From contig JAZNMK010000009.1 in NCBI GenBank assembly GCA_045579585.1, positions 3,705 through 67,704 on the forward strand: 64,000 nucleotides of DNA, in the 5' to 3' direction. Under the pieces are notes generated by a model, which saw nothing but the letters and a program-made list of their open reading frames with translations, searched no databases and was not told the DNA's origin. Each line of letters starts with the position of its first letter. Position 1 is the first letter of the stretch. The position numbers were made by a program, and so were the translations under genes. The DNA is from Acutalibacteraceae bacterium (GTDB taxonomy: Bacteria > Bacillota > Clostridia > Oscillospirales > Acutalibacteraceae). Of the stretch, positions 53,950-63,290 are shown one piece after another.

Positions 53950-54650
53950 TGGGAAAAATTATTGAAGTAAAAAACTTAACAATGAGCTATGAGCGCGAAG
54001 ATGTGCTTTGCGATGTCAGCTTTTCGCTTGATGAGGGTGAGTGGCTGAGCATTGTCGGCGAAAACGGCTCGGGCAAAACAACCTTGCTCAAGGGCATTGC
54101 AGGTCTGCTCCCGCATAAGGGCGGTCGCATTGATTTCGGCGGCGGTATGACACGCAAGGAGATCGGCTACCTGCCTCAGCAAACGGCTGTACAGCGCGAT
54201 TTTCCTGCCTGTGTCCACGAGGTTGTGCTTTCAGGCTGTACAGGCGGTGCGCGCCTTTTGGGTATGCGATCTCGCTCAGACAGGCAGCGTGCTCACGATG
54301 CTATTCACGAGCTTGGAATAGAGCATATCCACCATAAACCTTATTGTGATTTGTCGGGTGGACAGCAGCAACGTGTGCTGCTTGCCCGTGCGCTTTGCGC
54401 TACGGAAAAGCTTCTCCTTCTCGATGAGCCTGTAACGGGCCTTGATCCGATTGTTTCGGCGGAGCTTTACGAATCAATTGCAAAGCTTAACCGTAACCGC
54501 AAAGTTGCGGTTATAATAGTTTCTCACGATATTGCAGGTGCCGTAAAATATTCCGATAAAATTCTTCACATCGGAAGGGGTGTTGAGTTTTTCGGCACAA
54601 CTGATGAATATCTTGCATCTGACCTGGGCAAACGTTTTGCAGGTAAATAA
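53946..54650 (+). CDS. znuC: metal ABC transporter ATP-binding protein, ZnuC-like
   Basis: Walker A GENGSGKTT, signature LSGGQQQR, Walker B LLLLDEP. Confidence 0.88.
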   Translation: MMGKIIEVKNLTMSYEREDVLCDVSFSLDEGEWLSIVGENGSGKTTLLKGIAGLLPHKGGRIDFGGGMTRKEIGYLPQQTAVQRDFPACVHEVVLSGCTGGARLLGMRSRSDRQRAHDAIHELGIEHIHHKPYCDLSGGQQQRVLLARALCATEKLLLLDEPVTGLDPIVSAELYESIAKLNRNRKVAVIIVSHDIAGAVKYSDKILHIGRGVEFFGTTDEYLASDLGKRFAGK

Positions 54651-54659
54651 AAATTTGCT

Positions 54660-54696
54660 TACCGTTGGTTGATTTCTTCCCATTCAACCAACGGTA
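54660..54696 (+). terminator. 13-bp perfect hairpin after znuC (probable terminator)
   Basis: TACCGTTGGTTGA (54660-54672) / TCAACCAACGGTA (54684-54696) with an 11-nt loop. The downstream T tract is weak (TGTGTATTTTAT). Confidence 0.45.
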
Positions 54697-54748
54697 TGTG
54701 TATTTTATCTTTGAAATAACTTATAATGAAACCGTAAGGGGGTCGATT

Positions 54749-55360
54749 ATGGATCAGCTCAAAATCGGAAGATTCATTGCCGAGTGCAGAAAAAATCAGA
54801 ACCTGACACAAATGCAGCTGGCTGAAAAACTGAACATTACTGACAGAGCGGTGTCAAAATGGGAAACCGGTAGAGCGATGCCCGATTCGTCGATTATGCT
54901 TGAGCTTTGCAGCATTTTGAAAATCAGCGTGAACGATTTATTATGTGGGGAGGTAGTTGCAGTGGATAATTACAGCAAGGAATCGGAAAAAATACTGCTT
55001 GAAATGGTAAAACAGAAGGAGCATAATGACAAAATTCTTCTTGCTCTGGAATGGGTTATAGGCGGTTTGTCTGTTGCTGTGTTGCTTGTGCCGAGTATTA
55101 TCGGTTCGCTTCTTGATATTGAGGAGTGGAAGAGAGTGGCTATTGTTATTGCAGGCTTTATTCCTGCGATAATCGGCTTTGCTTTTGCGCTTAAAATAGA
55201 GCAGGTGGCAGGTTATTACGAGTGTAAGCATTGCTCTCACAAATACGTGCCTACCTATAAGGCGGTAAATTTTGCTATGCATATGGGCAGAACAAGATAT
55301 ATGAAATGCCCGAAGTGCGGCAAAAAATCGTGGCAGAAAAAGGTAATCAGCAAGAACTGA
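54749..55360 (+). CDS. membrane-anchored XRE-family HTH regulator with a C-terminal zinc-ribbon
   Basis: HTH_3 motif (LTQMQLAEKLNITDRAVSKWETG), two predicted TM helices, then CKHCSHKY...CPKCGKKSW. ATG 54749 follows AAGGGGG. Confidence 0.75.
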   Translation: MDQLKIGRFIAECRKNQNLTQMQLAEKLNITDRAVSKWETGRAMPDSSIMLELCSILKISVNDLLCGEVVAVDNYSKESEKILLEMVKQKEHNDKILLALEWVIGGLSVAVLLVPSIIGSLLDIEEWKRVAIVIAGFIPAIIGFAFALKIEQVAGYYECKHCSHKYVPTYKAVNFAMHMGRTRYMKCPKCGKKSWQKKVISKN

Positions 55361-55375
55361 TAAAATGTGAGAAAA

Positions 55376-55407
55376 GCCAACACAGAAAACTCTGTGTTGG
55401 CTTTTTT
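55376..55407. terminator. bidirectional intrinsic terminator
   Basis: GCCAACACAG (55376-55385) / CTGTGTTGGC (55392-55401) form a stem flanked by AAAA upstream and TTTTTT downstream. It lies between convergent genes. Confidence 0.8.
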
Positions 55408-55417
55408 ACCACGTTTT

Positions 55418-55585
55418 TTATTTCTTAACAAAAGAGTTGCAGTCAACACATTCGGGCATTGTGGGGTTAGCCTCGTGTGTGCCGATTGAAACTGTGTCGA
55501 GTGTGCAGTAGTCGGAGCTTGTGCAATGGTATTTGCACTGTGAAACGCTGCAACGGATGCACTTGTTTTCGTTATTACATGTCAT
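55418..55585 (-). CDS. DUF1540-type cysteine-rich small protein (55 aa), absent from the ORF track
   Basis: Hand translation: MTCNNENKCIRCSVSQCKYHCTSSDYCTLDTVSIGTHEANPTMPECVDCNSFVKK. GGAGGTG RBS lies 6 nt upstream. The C..C...C...C / C..C spacing is typical of DUF1540. Confidence 0.7.
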   Translation of the reverse strand: MTCNNENKCIRCSVSQCKYHCTSSDYCTLDTVSIGTHEANPTMPECVDCNSFVKK

Positions 55586-55632
55586 TATTATCACCTCCGC
55601 AACGTTAGTTTTGCCGCTGCGAGGTGATATAT

Positions 55633-57078
55633 TCAGTTTTTTTGTGAGCTGATTGAATTTGTCAGCGCTTCAAAGGAAATCTTATCCTTGAAAAATCCGA
55701 GCGTGCCGGAAAGCCTCTGTAACAGTGACGGATTCCAGTGTGACGGTGGTGCAGATTTTATTCCGAGTTTTTCAAGCAGAGGTGTTATTGCTTTGTAGCG
55801 CCTTTCAAAGCTGCGGCAGTTGAGTTTGCTTTTTTCGCTCCAGCCGACCTCTGCAACAGCCGCAAAGCGCGGAAAAAACATATAGCAAAGCTTGTCAAAA
55901 TCGCATATGTATTCCGTCCAGATCGGTGCTTCAACACCGATTACGTTGCTTTGTGCTTCAGGCTTTATGCCATTTAAAACAGGGTCGTAGGTGTAGGTCT
56001 TTTTAAGCGGTGTCATATGGTAAGGATAATCGCAGTAGTAGTGGTAAAAATCACTTATGATAACGTCACCGCCGCGGTTAGCGTGGCTGATGCTGTGCTT
56101 TTTGCCGTCCATCCACATCTGTACCGTTGTGCCCTCAGGCAGTTTGCCGCCGGCAAGGCTTTCGTTCCATACCGTCGCCCTTTTGCCGTGCTTTTTCAGG
56201 TGAGCAATCAGTTTAGCGGTGAAGTCTGCCTGCAGTGCGGCAAAGTTATCCGTGCCGAGTGAGCGGAGTTTTTCCTTGCATTTCGGGCATTCCTTCCAAC
56301 GGTTGAGTTTAACTTCGTCGCCGCCTATGTGGAATCTTTCACACGGAAAAAGCGGAATCACTTCGTCCAGCAGTGCGCATACAAATTCAAGCGTTCTGCT
56401 GTCACCCATACAAAGCACGTCATCAAAAATTCCCTGCTTTGTCTGCACCGGAATCTGTTCTTTGCGGCATGAGATGTAAGGGTAGGCGCTGATGATTGCC
56501 GTTGTGTGGCCGGGCAGGTCTATTTCGGGCACGACCTCGATGAACCGCTCACTGCAGTAGCGTACGATTTCGCTTATTTCCTCGTGTGTGTAATATCCGC
56601 CGTAGCGTATGCCTGTATGCATCGGGCCGAAATCATCACTCTCACGCCACGAACCTTTCATATTGAGCAGCGGAAACCTTTTGCTCTCAATTCTGTAGCC
56701 CTGGTCATCGCTCAGGTGCCAGTGCATAGTGTTGAGTTTAAGCAAGGCAGCGGCATCAATAAGCTTTTTTATTTCGTCTAAAGTCTGCATATGTCTTGCG
56801 CTGTCGAGCATAAATCCGCGGTAGGCGAATGCAGGCTTGTCCTCAATAACCATACAGGGGATTGAGGAATTGAGCTTTAACTGTTCAAGCGTTTTTTCTG
56901 CGTAAAAAAGGCCTGCCTCTGTTTGTGCGCTGAGCGTTACGGTGTTAAGTGTAGCTCGTATTATGTAGCCCTCGTTACCGAGTGCGGCATCGGCAATTTT
57001 TTCTTTTTTTATCTGTGCGTGAGGCTGTACGTTTCCGTCGTAGTACGTTATGCGGCCGGGATTCGGTACAATATGCAT
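55633..57078 (-). CDS. GH20 beta-N-acetylhexosaminidase (no signal peptide)
   Basis: RGFMLDSARH, HWHLSDDQGYRIE and HIGGDE catalytic-region motifs. Start set to ATG 57078, 8 nt after AAGGAG. Confidence 0.88.
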   Translation of the reverse strand: MHIVPNPGRITYYDGNVQPHAQIKKEKIADAALGNEGYIIRATLNTVTLSAQTEAGLFYAEKTLEQLKLNSSIPCMVIEDKPAFAYRGFMLDSARHMQTLDEIKKLIDAAALLKLNTMHWHLSDDQGYRIESKRFPLLNMKGSWRESDDFGPMHTGIRYGGYYTHEEISEIVRYCSERFIEVVPEIDLPGHTTAIISAYPYISCRKEQIPVQTKQGIFDDVLCMGDSRTLEFVCALLDEVIPLFPCERFHIGGDEVKLNRWKECPKCKEKLRSLGTDNFAALQADFTAKLIAHLKKHGKRATVWNESLAGGKLPEGTTVQMWMDGKKHSISHANRGGDVIISDFYHYYCDYPYHMTPLKKTYTYDPVLNGIKPEAQSNVIGVEAPIWTEYICDFDKLCYMFFPRFAAVAEVGWSEKSKLNCRSFERRYKAITPLLEKLGIKSAPPSHWNPSLLQRLSGTLGFFKDKISFEALTNSISSQKN

Positions 57079-57129
57079 AGTTAACACTCCTTATGTATGG
57101 GGATTTTCAATCCCCGTTTGCAAGTCGGG

Positions 57130-57375
57130 TCAGTCAACAGTGTGGCTGTTATCTGTTGTTACAACCGTTGCTCCCTCTGACTGTGTGCGGAAGAGCAACG
57201 AGATGCACCAGATACCTGCGAGAGCAACAAGCGTGTAGATAATGCGGCTGGCAATCGCTGCCTGACCGCCGAAAATCCACGCGACGATGTCAAACTTGAA
57301 AAGTCCGATGCTGCCCCAGTTAAGTGCACCGATAATTACAAGTGCAAGTGATGCTTTATCCAACATTTTACTCAC
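57130..57375 (-). CDS. DUF378 family small membrane protein
   Basis: LALVIIGALNWGSIGLFKFDIVAWIFGG is the DUF378 signature; two TM helices. Confidence 0.8.
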   Translation of the reverse strand: MSKMLDKASLALVIIGALNWGSIGLFKFDIVAWIFGGQAAIASRIIYTLVALAGIWCISLLFRTQSEGATVVTTDNSHTVD

Positions 57376-57439
57376 CCCTTTTCACCGTTTGAGCGGTTGA
57401 TGTTAGCATAACCGCGGATGAGTAAAATATTCAAAAAAT

Positions 57440-60400
57440 TTATGCGTTAGTCATTATTGCAACTGCTTTTCTCAGCAGATTGACCGGATCTTCGCCCGGC
57501 ATAACTTTGATTGCAATATGCGGCTTTGCGGTTTTTGCAACAATCGAAACACGTTTGCCCATTTTTGCGATAAGTGCGGCAACCTTGCTCATGTTGAGCT
57601 GCTTGGGGTGGAGAGTGAGCGTGTTTGCATTCTGGGCAATTTCTTCAATTCCGAGCTCTGAGGCGCAGTTGCGCAGCAGTGAAACGTTGATAAGTCCCGT
57701 AACACTCTGGGGCGGATTGCCGAAGCGGTCGATGAATTCGTCAAGTACGTCATCTGCATCTGCCTCACTTCTGATATCTGCAATTCTGCGGTACATAGCG
57801 AGCTTCTGCGGTACGCTGGAAATATATTCTTCCGGTATGTGGGCATCAATACGCAGGTTGATAAGGCACTGGTTTTCCGGTTCTTTCTGCTCTGCCGGTG
57901 GTTCGCCTTTTTCTTCGCGGATTGCTTCGTTAAGGAGCTTCACGTACATTTCGTAACCGACAGCTTCCATATAGCCGTGCTGCTCGGCACCGAGCACGTT
58001 GCCGGCGCCTCTGAGTTCAAGGTCACGCATTGCAATTTTGAAGCCGCTGCCGAATTCGGTGAATTCACGTATTGCTTCGAGCCTGTGTGTAGCGATTTCG
58101 GTAAGCTCCTTGCCGAGTTTGAAGGTGAAGTATGCGCTCGCTCTGCGTGAGCTTCGGCCTACTCTGCCTCGGAGCTGGTGCAGCTGTGCCAGACCCATAC
58201 GGTCAGCATCCTCGATTATCAGTGTGTTTGCGTTGGGCACGTCAACACCCGTTTCAATTATCGTTGTGCATACGAGCACGTCTGCTTCGCCCTCAATCAT
58301 CTGCTGCCATACGTTGCTGAGCTCATCTTCATTCATCTTGCCGTGGCCTACTACGATTTTTGCATCGGGCAAAGCTTCCTGCAGTTTGGCGGCACAGCTC
58401 GAGATATCGTCAACTCTGTTATGCAGATAGTAAACCTGGCCACCTCTGCGTATTTCACGCTCAATCGCCTGGGTTATGATATCCATATCGTACTCAATAA
58501 CGTAGGTCTGTACGGGATGTCTGTCTACGGGTGCTTCTTCGAGCGTTGACATATCTCTGATACCGGACATTGCCATGTTGAGCGTTCTGGGAATCGGCGT
58601 TGCGGAGAGGGTGAGTACGTCAACGTCAGGGTATAACTCCTTGAGCTTTTCCTTTTGCTCAACTCCGAATCGCTGCTCCTCGTCAATAATTACAAGGCCG
58701 AGATCCTTGAACTGTATATCCTTTGAAATGAGTCTGTGTGTGCCGACGATGATTTCAAGTGAGCCTCTGCGAAGGGCTTTGAGGATTTTATCCTGCTCTT
58801 TGGGTGTGCGAAAGCGTGAAAGCATCTCGCAATCAATCGGAAAAGCGTCAAAGCGTTTTTTGATTGTTTGGTAGTGCTGCATTGCAAGCAGGGTTGTAGG
58901 CACAAGGATTGCACATTGCTTACCGTCGGCAACGCATTTGAAAGCCGCGCGCAGTGCAACCTCCGTTTTGCCGAAGCCTACGTCACCGCACAGAAGTCTG
59001 TCCATCGGGTACGGTTTTTCCATATCGCTTTTGATTTCATCAATGCAGCGAAGCTGGTCCTCCGTTTCGTCAAACTCAAACCTGCGCTCAAAATCGTTCT
59101 GCATATCTATATCCGGCGAGAACTGATGGCCCTTGATGTGCAGACGTTTTGAGTAAAGGCTTATCAGTTCCGAAGCCATATTTTTTACGCTTGAGCGGAC
59201 TCTTGAACGTGTTTTGTTCCACTCGTCGCCACCGAGCTTGTTGAGCTTAACGGTTTTGGTTTCGCTGCCGGGGCCGATGTATTTGGTGACAAGATCAAGC
59301 TGAGCTACGGGCACATAAAGCGCACCGTCTTTGGCATATTTGATTTTAATGTAGTCGTTTGTTGTGCCGTTGCATTTTACGTTGTGTATGCCGTCAAAAA
59401 CGCCGATGCCGTGTGTTGCGTGAACTACGTAGTCGCCTCTGTGAAGGTCGTCAAGGCTGGTGAAGGCGTTTGCTTTGTTTCTGCTTGTTTTCCTTTTTGT
59501 TGAGCTGATTTTTGCCTGACGTATGCCATAGGTGATTGCAAGCGCTTTCACCTGATTGTACTCAAAGCCGAATGAAAGGCTGCCGCTGACCACACTTACT
59601 ATGCCTTCCGGATATTCCTTCGGCTCAACGGGGAAGTACAGTGCGTTTATTTCTTCGTCCTTAAGCTCCTGTGTGAGCGATTTTGCCGCCTTTTCGGTGC
59701 CTGCAAAAACTACGGTGCGGAATCCTTTGGAAAGTGCGGGGCGCACATCTTCGATAAGGTCAGCAAGCTGACCGGTCCAGGGCGGAAGCTGACGTGCCGA
59801 AACGGTTAAAAGGTCTCTGACGGGTGTATCAAAGCTGCCGCGCGGCAGGTTGTCAAAATAAATCGCGTGCTTTTTTTCATATATTGAAGTCAGTTCATCA
59901 AAGCTGATTGCGAACTTATCCATACCTTTTGAAAGCACGCCCTCTTCGAACATCGCTTTGATGTCTTCTTGGAGCATTTTTTCGCAGGCCTGCGCGTGGT
60001 TTTTAACAGCCGATGTTTCGCAAACGATGAGCATATAACCCTCAGCGTGCTCAAAAACGGTTGAGCCGCCGTTGCCCAGAATCGGTATATACCTGTCGAG
60101 CGATTCAATTCGTATGCCGTTGCGCAGTTTTTCGATATCCTCATCAAGTGAGGCTTTTGCCTTGGCTGCACCCTTTCCCCTGAGGCTTGCTTTATGTGCT
60201 TCGATAACACCGATGAATGATTCTGCACTTTCGTAAAGTATACCTGTTGCAGGTGTTATGAGCACCTGACCGATCTGCTCTGTGCGGCGCTGTGTGTCAG
60301 TTTCAAAGTAGGCTATGCTGTCAACCTCTTCGTCCCACAGCTCTATTCTTACGGGATACTCAAGTGAAGGCGGAAAAACATCTATAAGTCCGCCTCTTAT

Positions 60401-60919
60401 CGCAAACTGACCTCTGCCCTCAACAATTGTGCTTCTTGTGTAGCCTGCGGCAATAAGGTCGTCGGCAATCATATCCAGCGGAATTTCACTGCCTACCTCT
60501 ATTGTCATGGTGTTGCGGCGGAGAATATGCGGCTCGATGGTGAGCTGAAGTGCGGCCTCAACGCTCATTACAACGGCATCGAGAGTCTCCTTTGCCATTG
60601 ATGAAAGCACGCCGAGCCTTTGCTGCTCGTAATCGTGCGAGTGTGCCTGAGTGGGACGGAAGCTGAAATCGCCCGCAGGATACAAAGCAGCGGCTGTGCC
60701 CAGCATTACAAGGTCTTCTTTCAGCTTTGTTGCCGTGCTTTCATCCGGTGTTATGATCAGTGCGCGGCGTTTTTTTTCGGCGCAAAGCGAGTGGATAAAA
60801 TGCGCCTTGTGAATATGCGAAAGTCCGAGCACACCCATTGGCAGTCTGTTGCTGTCAACTGCACGGGATAGCTCTTCGTACTCATATAATCCTTTTGCAA
60901 ACTGTGTAATGCCTGACAT
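57440..60919 (-). CDS. mfd: transcription-repair coupling factor Mfd
   Basis: 1159 aa with a UvrB-homology N-terminus, CarD/RID segment, superfamily-2 helicase motifs (GDVGFGKTEVA, DEEQRFG) and the TRG motif region. Confidence 0.95.
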   Translation of the reverse strand: MSGITQFAKGLYEYEELSRAVDSNRLPMGVLGLSHIHKAHFIHSLCAEKKRRALIITPDESTATKLKEDLVMLGTAAALYPAGDFSFRPTQAHSHDYEQQRLGVLSSMAKETLDAVVMSVEAALQLTIEPHILRRNTMTIEVGSEIPLDMIADDLIAAGYTRSTIVEGRGQFAIRGGLIDVFPPSLEYPVRIELWDEEVDSIAYFETDTQRRTEQIGQVLITPATGILYESAESFIGVIEAHKASLRGKGAAKAKASLDEDIEKLRNGIRIESLDRYIPILGNGGSTVFEHAEGYMLIVCETSAVKNHAQACEKMLQEDIKAMFEEGVLSKGMDKFAISFDELTSIYEKKHAIYFDNLPRGSFDTPVRDLLTVSARQLPPWTGQLADLIEDVRPALSKGFRTVVFAGTEKAAKSLTQELKDEEINALYFPVEPKEYPEGIVSVVSGSLSFGFEYNQVKALAITYGIRQAKISSTKRKTSRNKANAFTSLDDLHRGDYVVHATHGIGVFDGIHNVKCNGTTNDYIKIKYAKDGALYVPVAQLDLVTKYIGPGSETKTVKLNKLGGDEWNKTRSRVRSSVKNMASELISLYSKRLHIKGHQFSPDIDMQNDFERRFEFDETEDQLRCIDEIKSDMEKPYPMDRLLCGDVGFGKTEVALRAAFKCVADGKQCAILVPTTLLAMQHYQTIKKRFDAFPIDCEMLSRFRTPKEQDKILKALRRGSLEIIVGTHRLISKDIQFKDLGLVIIDEEQRFGVEQKEKLKELYPDVDVLTLSATPIPRTLNMAMSGIRDMSTLEEAPVDRHPVQTYVIEYDMDIITQAIEREIRRGGQVYYLHNRVDDISSCAAKLQEALPDAKIVVGHGKMNEDELSNVWQQMIEGEADVLVCTTIIETGVDVPNANTLIIEDADRMGLAQLHQLRGRVGRSSRRASAYFTFKLGKELTEIATHRLEAIREFTEFGSGFKIAMRDLELRGAGNVLGAEQHGYMEAVGYEMYVKLLNEAIREEKGEPPAEQKEPENQCLINLRIDAHIPEEYISSVPQKLAMYRRIADIRSEADADDVLDEFIDRFGNPPQSVTGLINVSLLRNCASELGIEEIAQNANTLTLHPKQLNMSKVAALIAKMGKRVSIVAKTAKPHIAIKVMPGEDPVNLLRKAVAIMTNA

Positions 60920-60999
60920 TTTTCCTCCTTGCCGCCCTAAACGGCGAAAGGCAGGGAATAGTGTTACCTACCCCCTGCAGATGTTTTGTTTTTTACGGT

Positions 61000-61599
61000 T
61001 TAGTGACTGAATTTGCTCATCGCCTGGTCGATTTTGCCGTCGGTCAGGTAATCCAGAGCGTCGCAGGCTTTTTCCATCGCCTGCTTCATCAGCGGAATTT
61101 CATCCTTTGAGAAGTTTGAGAGCACGTAATCTGCCAGATCAAAGTCAGAGTGAGGTTTGTCACCTACACCGAGCTTGATTCGGGGAAAATTATCGCTCCC
61201 CAGATGCTGGATAATGCTTTTGATTCCGTTGTGTCCGCCTGCACTGCCCTTGCGTCTGATTCGCAGAGCGCCGCAGGGGAGAGATATATCATCAAAAATC
61301 ACAATGACGTTTTCGGGTGGAATCTTGTAGAATTTGCAGGCTTCGCCGACTGCTTCACCGCTCAGATTCATAAACGTTTGCGGCTTCATCAGCAAGCAAC
61401 GGTGGCTGCCTATATCGGCTTCGCCTACGGTGGATTTGAACTTTATTTTGTTTATCTTAACCTTTAGCTTGTCAGATAGCAGGTCCATACACAGCCAGCC
61501 TGCGTTGTGGCGTGTGGTTTCATACTGTCTGCCGGGGTTGCCCAGGCCTACTATGAGGTACTCGGGGCCGCCGGAGTAAGCTTTTTTCTTGAATATCAT
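61000..61599 (-). CDS. pth: peptidyl-tRNA hydrolase
   Basis: LIVGLGNPG...TRHNAG and GGHNG motifs; upstream of mfd as in many Firmicutes. Confidence 0.93.
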   Translation of the reverse strand: MIFKKKAYSGGPEYLIVGLGNPGRQYETTRHNAGWLCMDLLSDKLKVKINKIKFKSTVGEADIGSHRCLLMKPQTFMNLSGEAVGEACKFYKIPPENVIVIFDDISLPCGALRIRRKGSAGGHNGIKSIIQHLGSDNFPRIKLGVGDKPHSDFDLADYVLSNFSKDEIPLMKQAMEKACDALDYLTDGKIDQAMSKFSH

Positions 61600-61603
61600 A
61601 GCT

Positions 61604-62143
61604 TTATTTTTCCTCGTTTACCTTTTTCTCAAGCGCGGCAAGCCATTTCTGAGCTGCTTTGAGAGAATAGAAGGTGTGCATTTCTTTTTTTGGGAACCTC
61701 GTCATATAGCTGAGCACTCTGTTGCGCTCTGCTTTCGGATAGTTCCACGTTCTTATAAGCTCGTCACGTCGGATGATTTCGGGACAATCCTCTGGCATAT
61801 CGGGTCTCGGCTTTGTGTGGTATTTCACACGTCTTTTTACAAGGTTCATAAAGCAGGTCGGGCGTGAAATGTCCATAAATATCACGCAGTCCGCCGCAAG
61901 AAAACGCTCTTTGAGGGTTGAACCGTAGTTTCCGTCGAGAATCCATTCATCACGTGCTGCCATTGCTTTAACTTTTTCGAGCCACTGCTCGCGCGGTGTT
62001 GTGCCCCATCCCGGCTGCCAGAATTCCGAATCAAGATGTGTGAGTGGCAGGTTAAGTATTTCGGCAAGCTTTGTTGCAAAAGTGGTTTTGCCGCTTCCGC
62101 AGTTGCCGATTACAATAATTTTTTTGCAGTCTCTTACGCCCAT
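61604..62143 (-). CDS. P-loop NTPase, adenylate-kinase-like / topology-modulation-protein-like
   Basis: Walker A GNCGSGKTT near the N-terminus; 179 aa. Confidence 0.6.
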   Translation of the reverse strand: MGVRDCKKIIVIGNCGSGKTTFATKLAEILNLPLTHLDSEFWQPGWGTTPREQWLEKVKAMAARDEWILDGNYGSTLKERFLAADCVIFMDISRPTCFMNLVKRRVKYHTKPRPDMPEDCPEIIRRDELIRTWNYPKAERNRVLSYMTRFPKKEMHTFYSLKAAQKWLAALEKKVNEEK

Positions 62144-62195
62144 TTGATTAACCTCTGTTCCCTTTTTGTTTTGTGAAGCAGGGGATTTTGCCGTG

Positions 62196-63290
62196 TTATA
62201 CGTTGAATCTGAACAGAACTATATCGCCGTCCTGCATAACGTACTCTTTGCCTTCGCTTCTTACAAGGCCTTTTTCTTTGGCGGCTACCATAGTTCCGCA
62301 TGCCATAAGATCATCGTATGCAACAACCTCCGCACGGATGAAGCCTCTTTCAAAGTCGCTGTGGATTTTGCCTGCAGCCTGCGGTGCCTTTGTGCCGCGT
62401 TTGATTGTCCAGGCTCTTACCTCAGGCTTGCCTGCCGTGAGGTAGGAGATGAGGCCGAGCAGGTTATAGCTGCGCTGAATGAGAAGATCAAGTCCGCCCT
62501 GTTCAATGCCGAGGTCAGAGAGGAACATTTCTTTTTCTTCCTTGTCGAGTGAGGCGATTTCAGCCTCAAGCTCTGCGCAGATGGGGAGCACCTCGGAGCC
62601 TTCAGCCTTTGCAATTTCGCAAACCTGAACATAGCCTTCGTTCTTATCGAGGCCGTCAACAAAGTCTTCCTCGCTCATATTGCAGGCGTAAATAACGGGC
62701 TTTGCCGTGAGGAGAGTGGACTGAGAAAGAATTTCTCTTTCGTTGTCATCGCACTCGATGTTGCGTGCGGCTGTTCCTTCTTCAAGCTCCGCCTTGACAC
62801 GCTTGAGGAATTCAAGCTCGCCTGCAAGGGTTTTGTCGCCCTTCATTGCCTTGGCTGTGCGGTCGATACGGCGCTCAATCATCTCAATATCGGAGAAGAT
62901 AAGCTCAAGGTTTATTGTTTCAATATCGCGCAGGGGGTTTATGCTGCCGTCAACGTGAATAATATCGTCGTTTACAAAGCAACGTACAACATGAACGATT
63001 GCGTCGACCTCGCGGATGTTTGCAAGAAATTTATTGCCAAGGCCCTCGCCCTTTGATGCACCCTTTACAAGACCTGCGATATCGACAAATTCGATAACTG
63101 CGGGTGTGTATTTGTCGGGGTTGTACATTTCAGCAAGCTTATCGAGTCTGCTGTCGGGCACGTTAACTACGCCGACGTTGGGCTCGATTGTGCAGAAGGC
63201 ATAGTTTGCCGACTGTGCGCCTGCGTTTGTGATTGCGTTGAAAAGTGTGCTCTTGCCTACGTTAGGCAAGCCTACGATTCCGAGTTTCAT
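62196..63290 (-). CDS. ychF: ribosome-binding ATPase YchF
   Basis: [29 protein letters not shown] and a C-terminal TGS-like YchF domain ([11 protein letters not shown]). Start moved to ATG 63290; the track's 77-aa N-terminal extension overlaps the upstream gene. Confidence 0.93.
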   Translation of the reverse strand: MKLGIVGLPNVGKSTLFNAITNAGAQSANYAFCTIEPNVGVVNVPDSRLDKLAEMYNPDKYTPAVIEFVDIAGLVKGASKGEGLGNKFLANIREVDAIVHVVRCFVNDDIIHVDGSINPLRDIETINLELIFSDIEMIERRIDRTAKAMKGDKTLAGELEFLKRVKAELEEGTAARNIECDDNEREILSQSTLLTAKPVIYACNMSEEDFVDGLDKNEGYVQVCEIAKAEGSEVLPICAELEAEIASLDKEEKEMFLSDLGIEQGGLDLLIQRSYNLLGLISYLTAGKPEVRAWTIKRGTKAPQAAGKIHSDFERGFIRAEVVAYDDLMACGTMVAAKEKGLVRSEGKEYVMQDGDIVLFRFNV

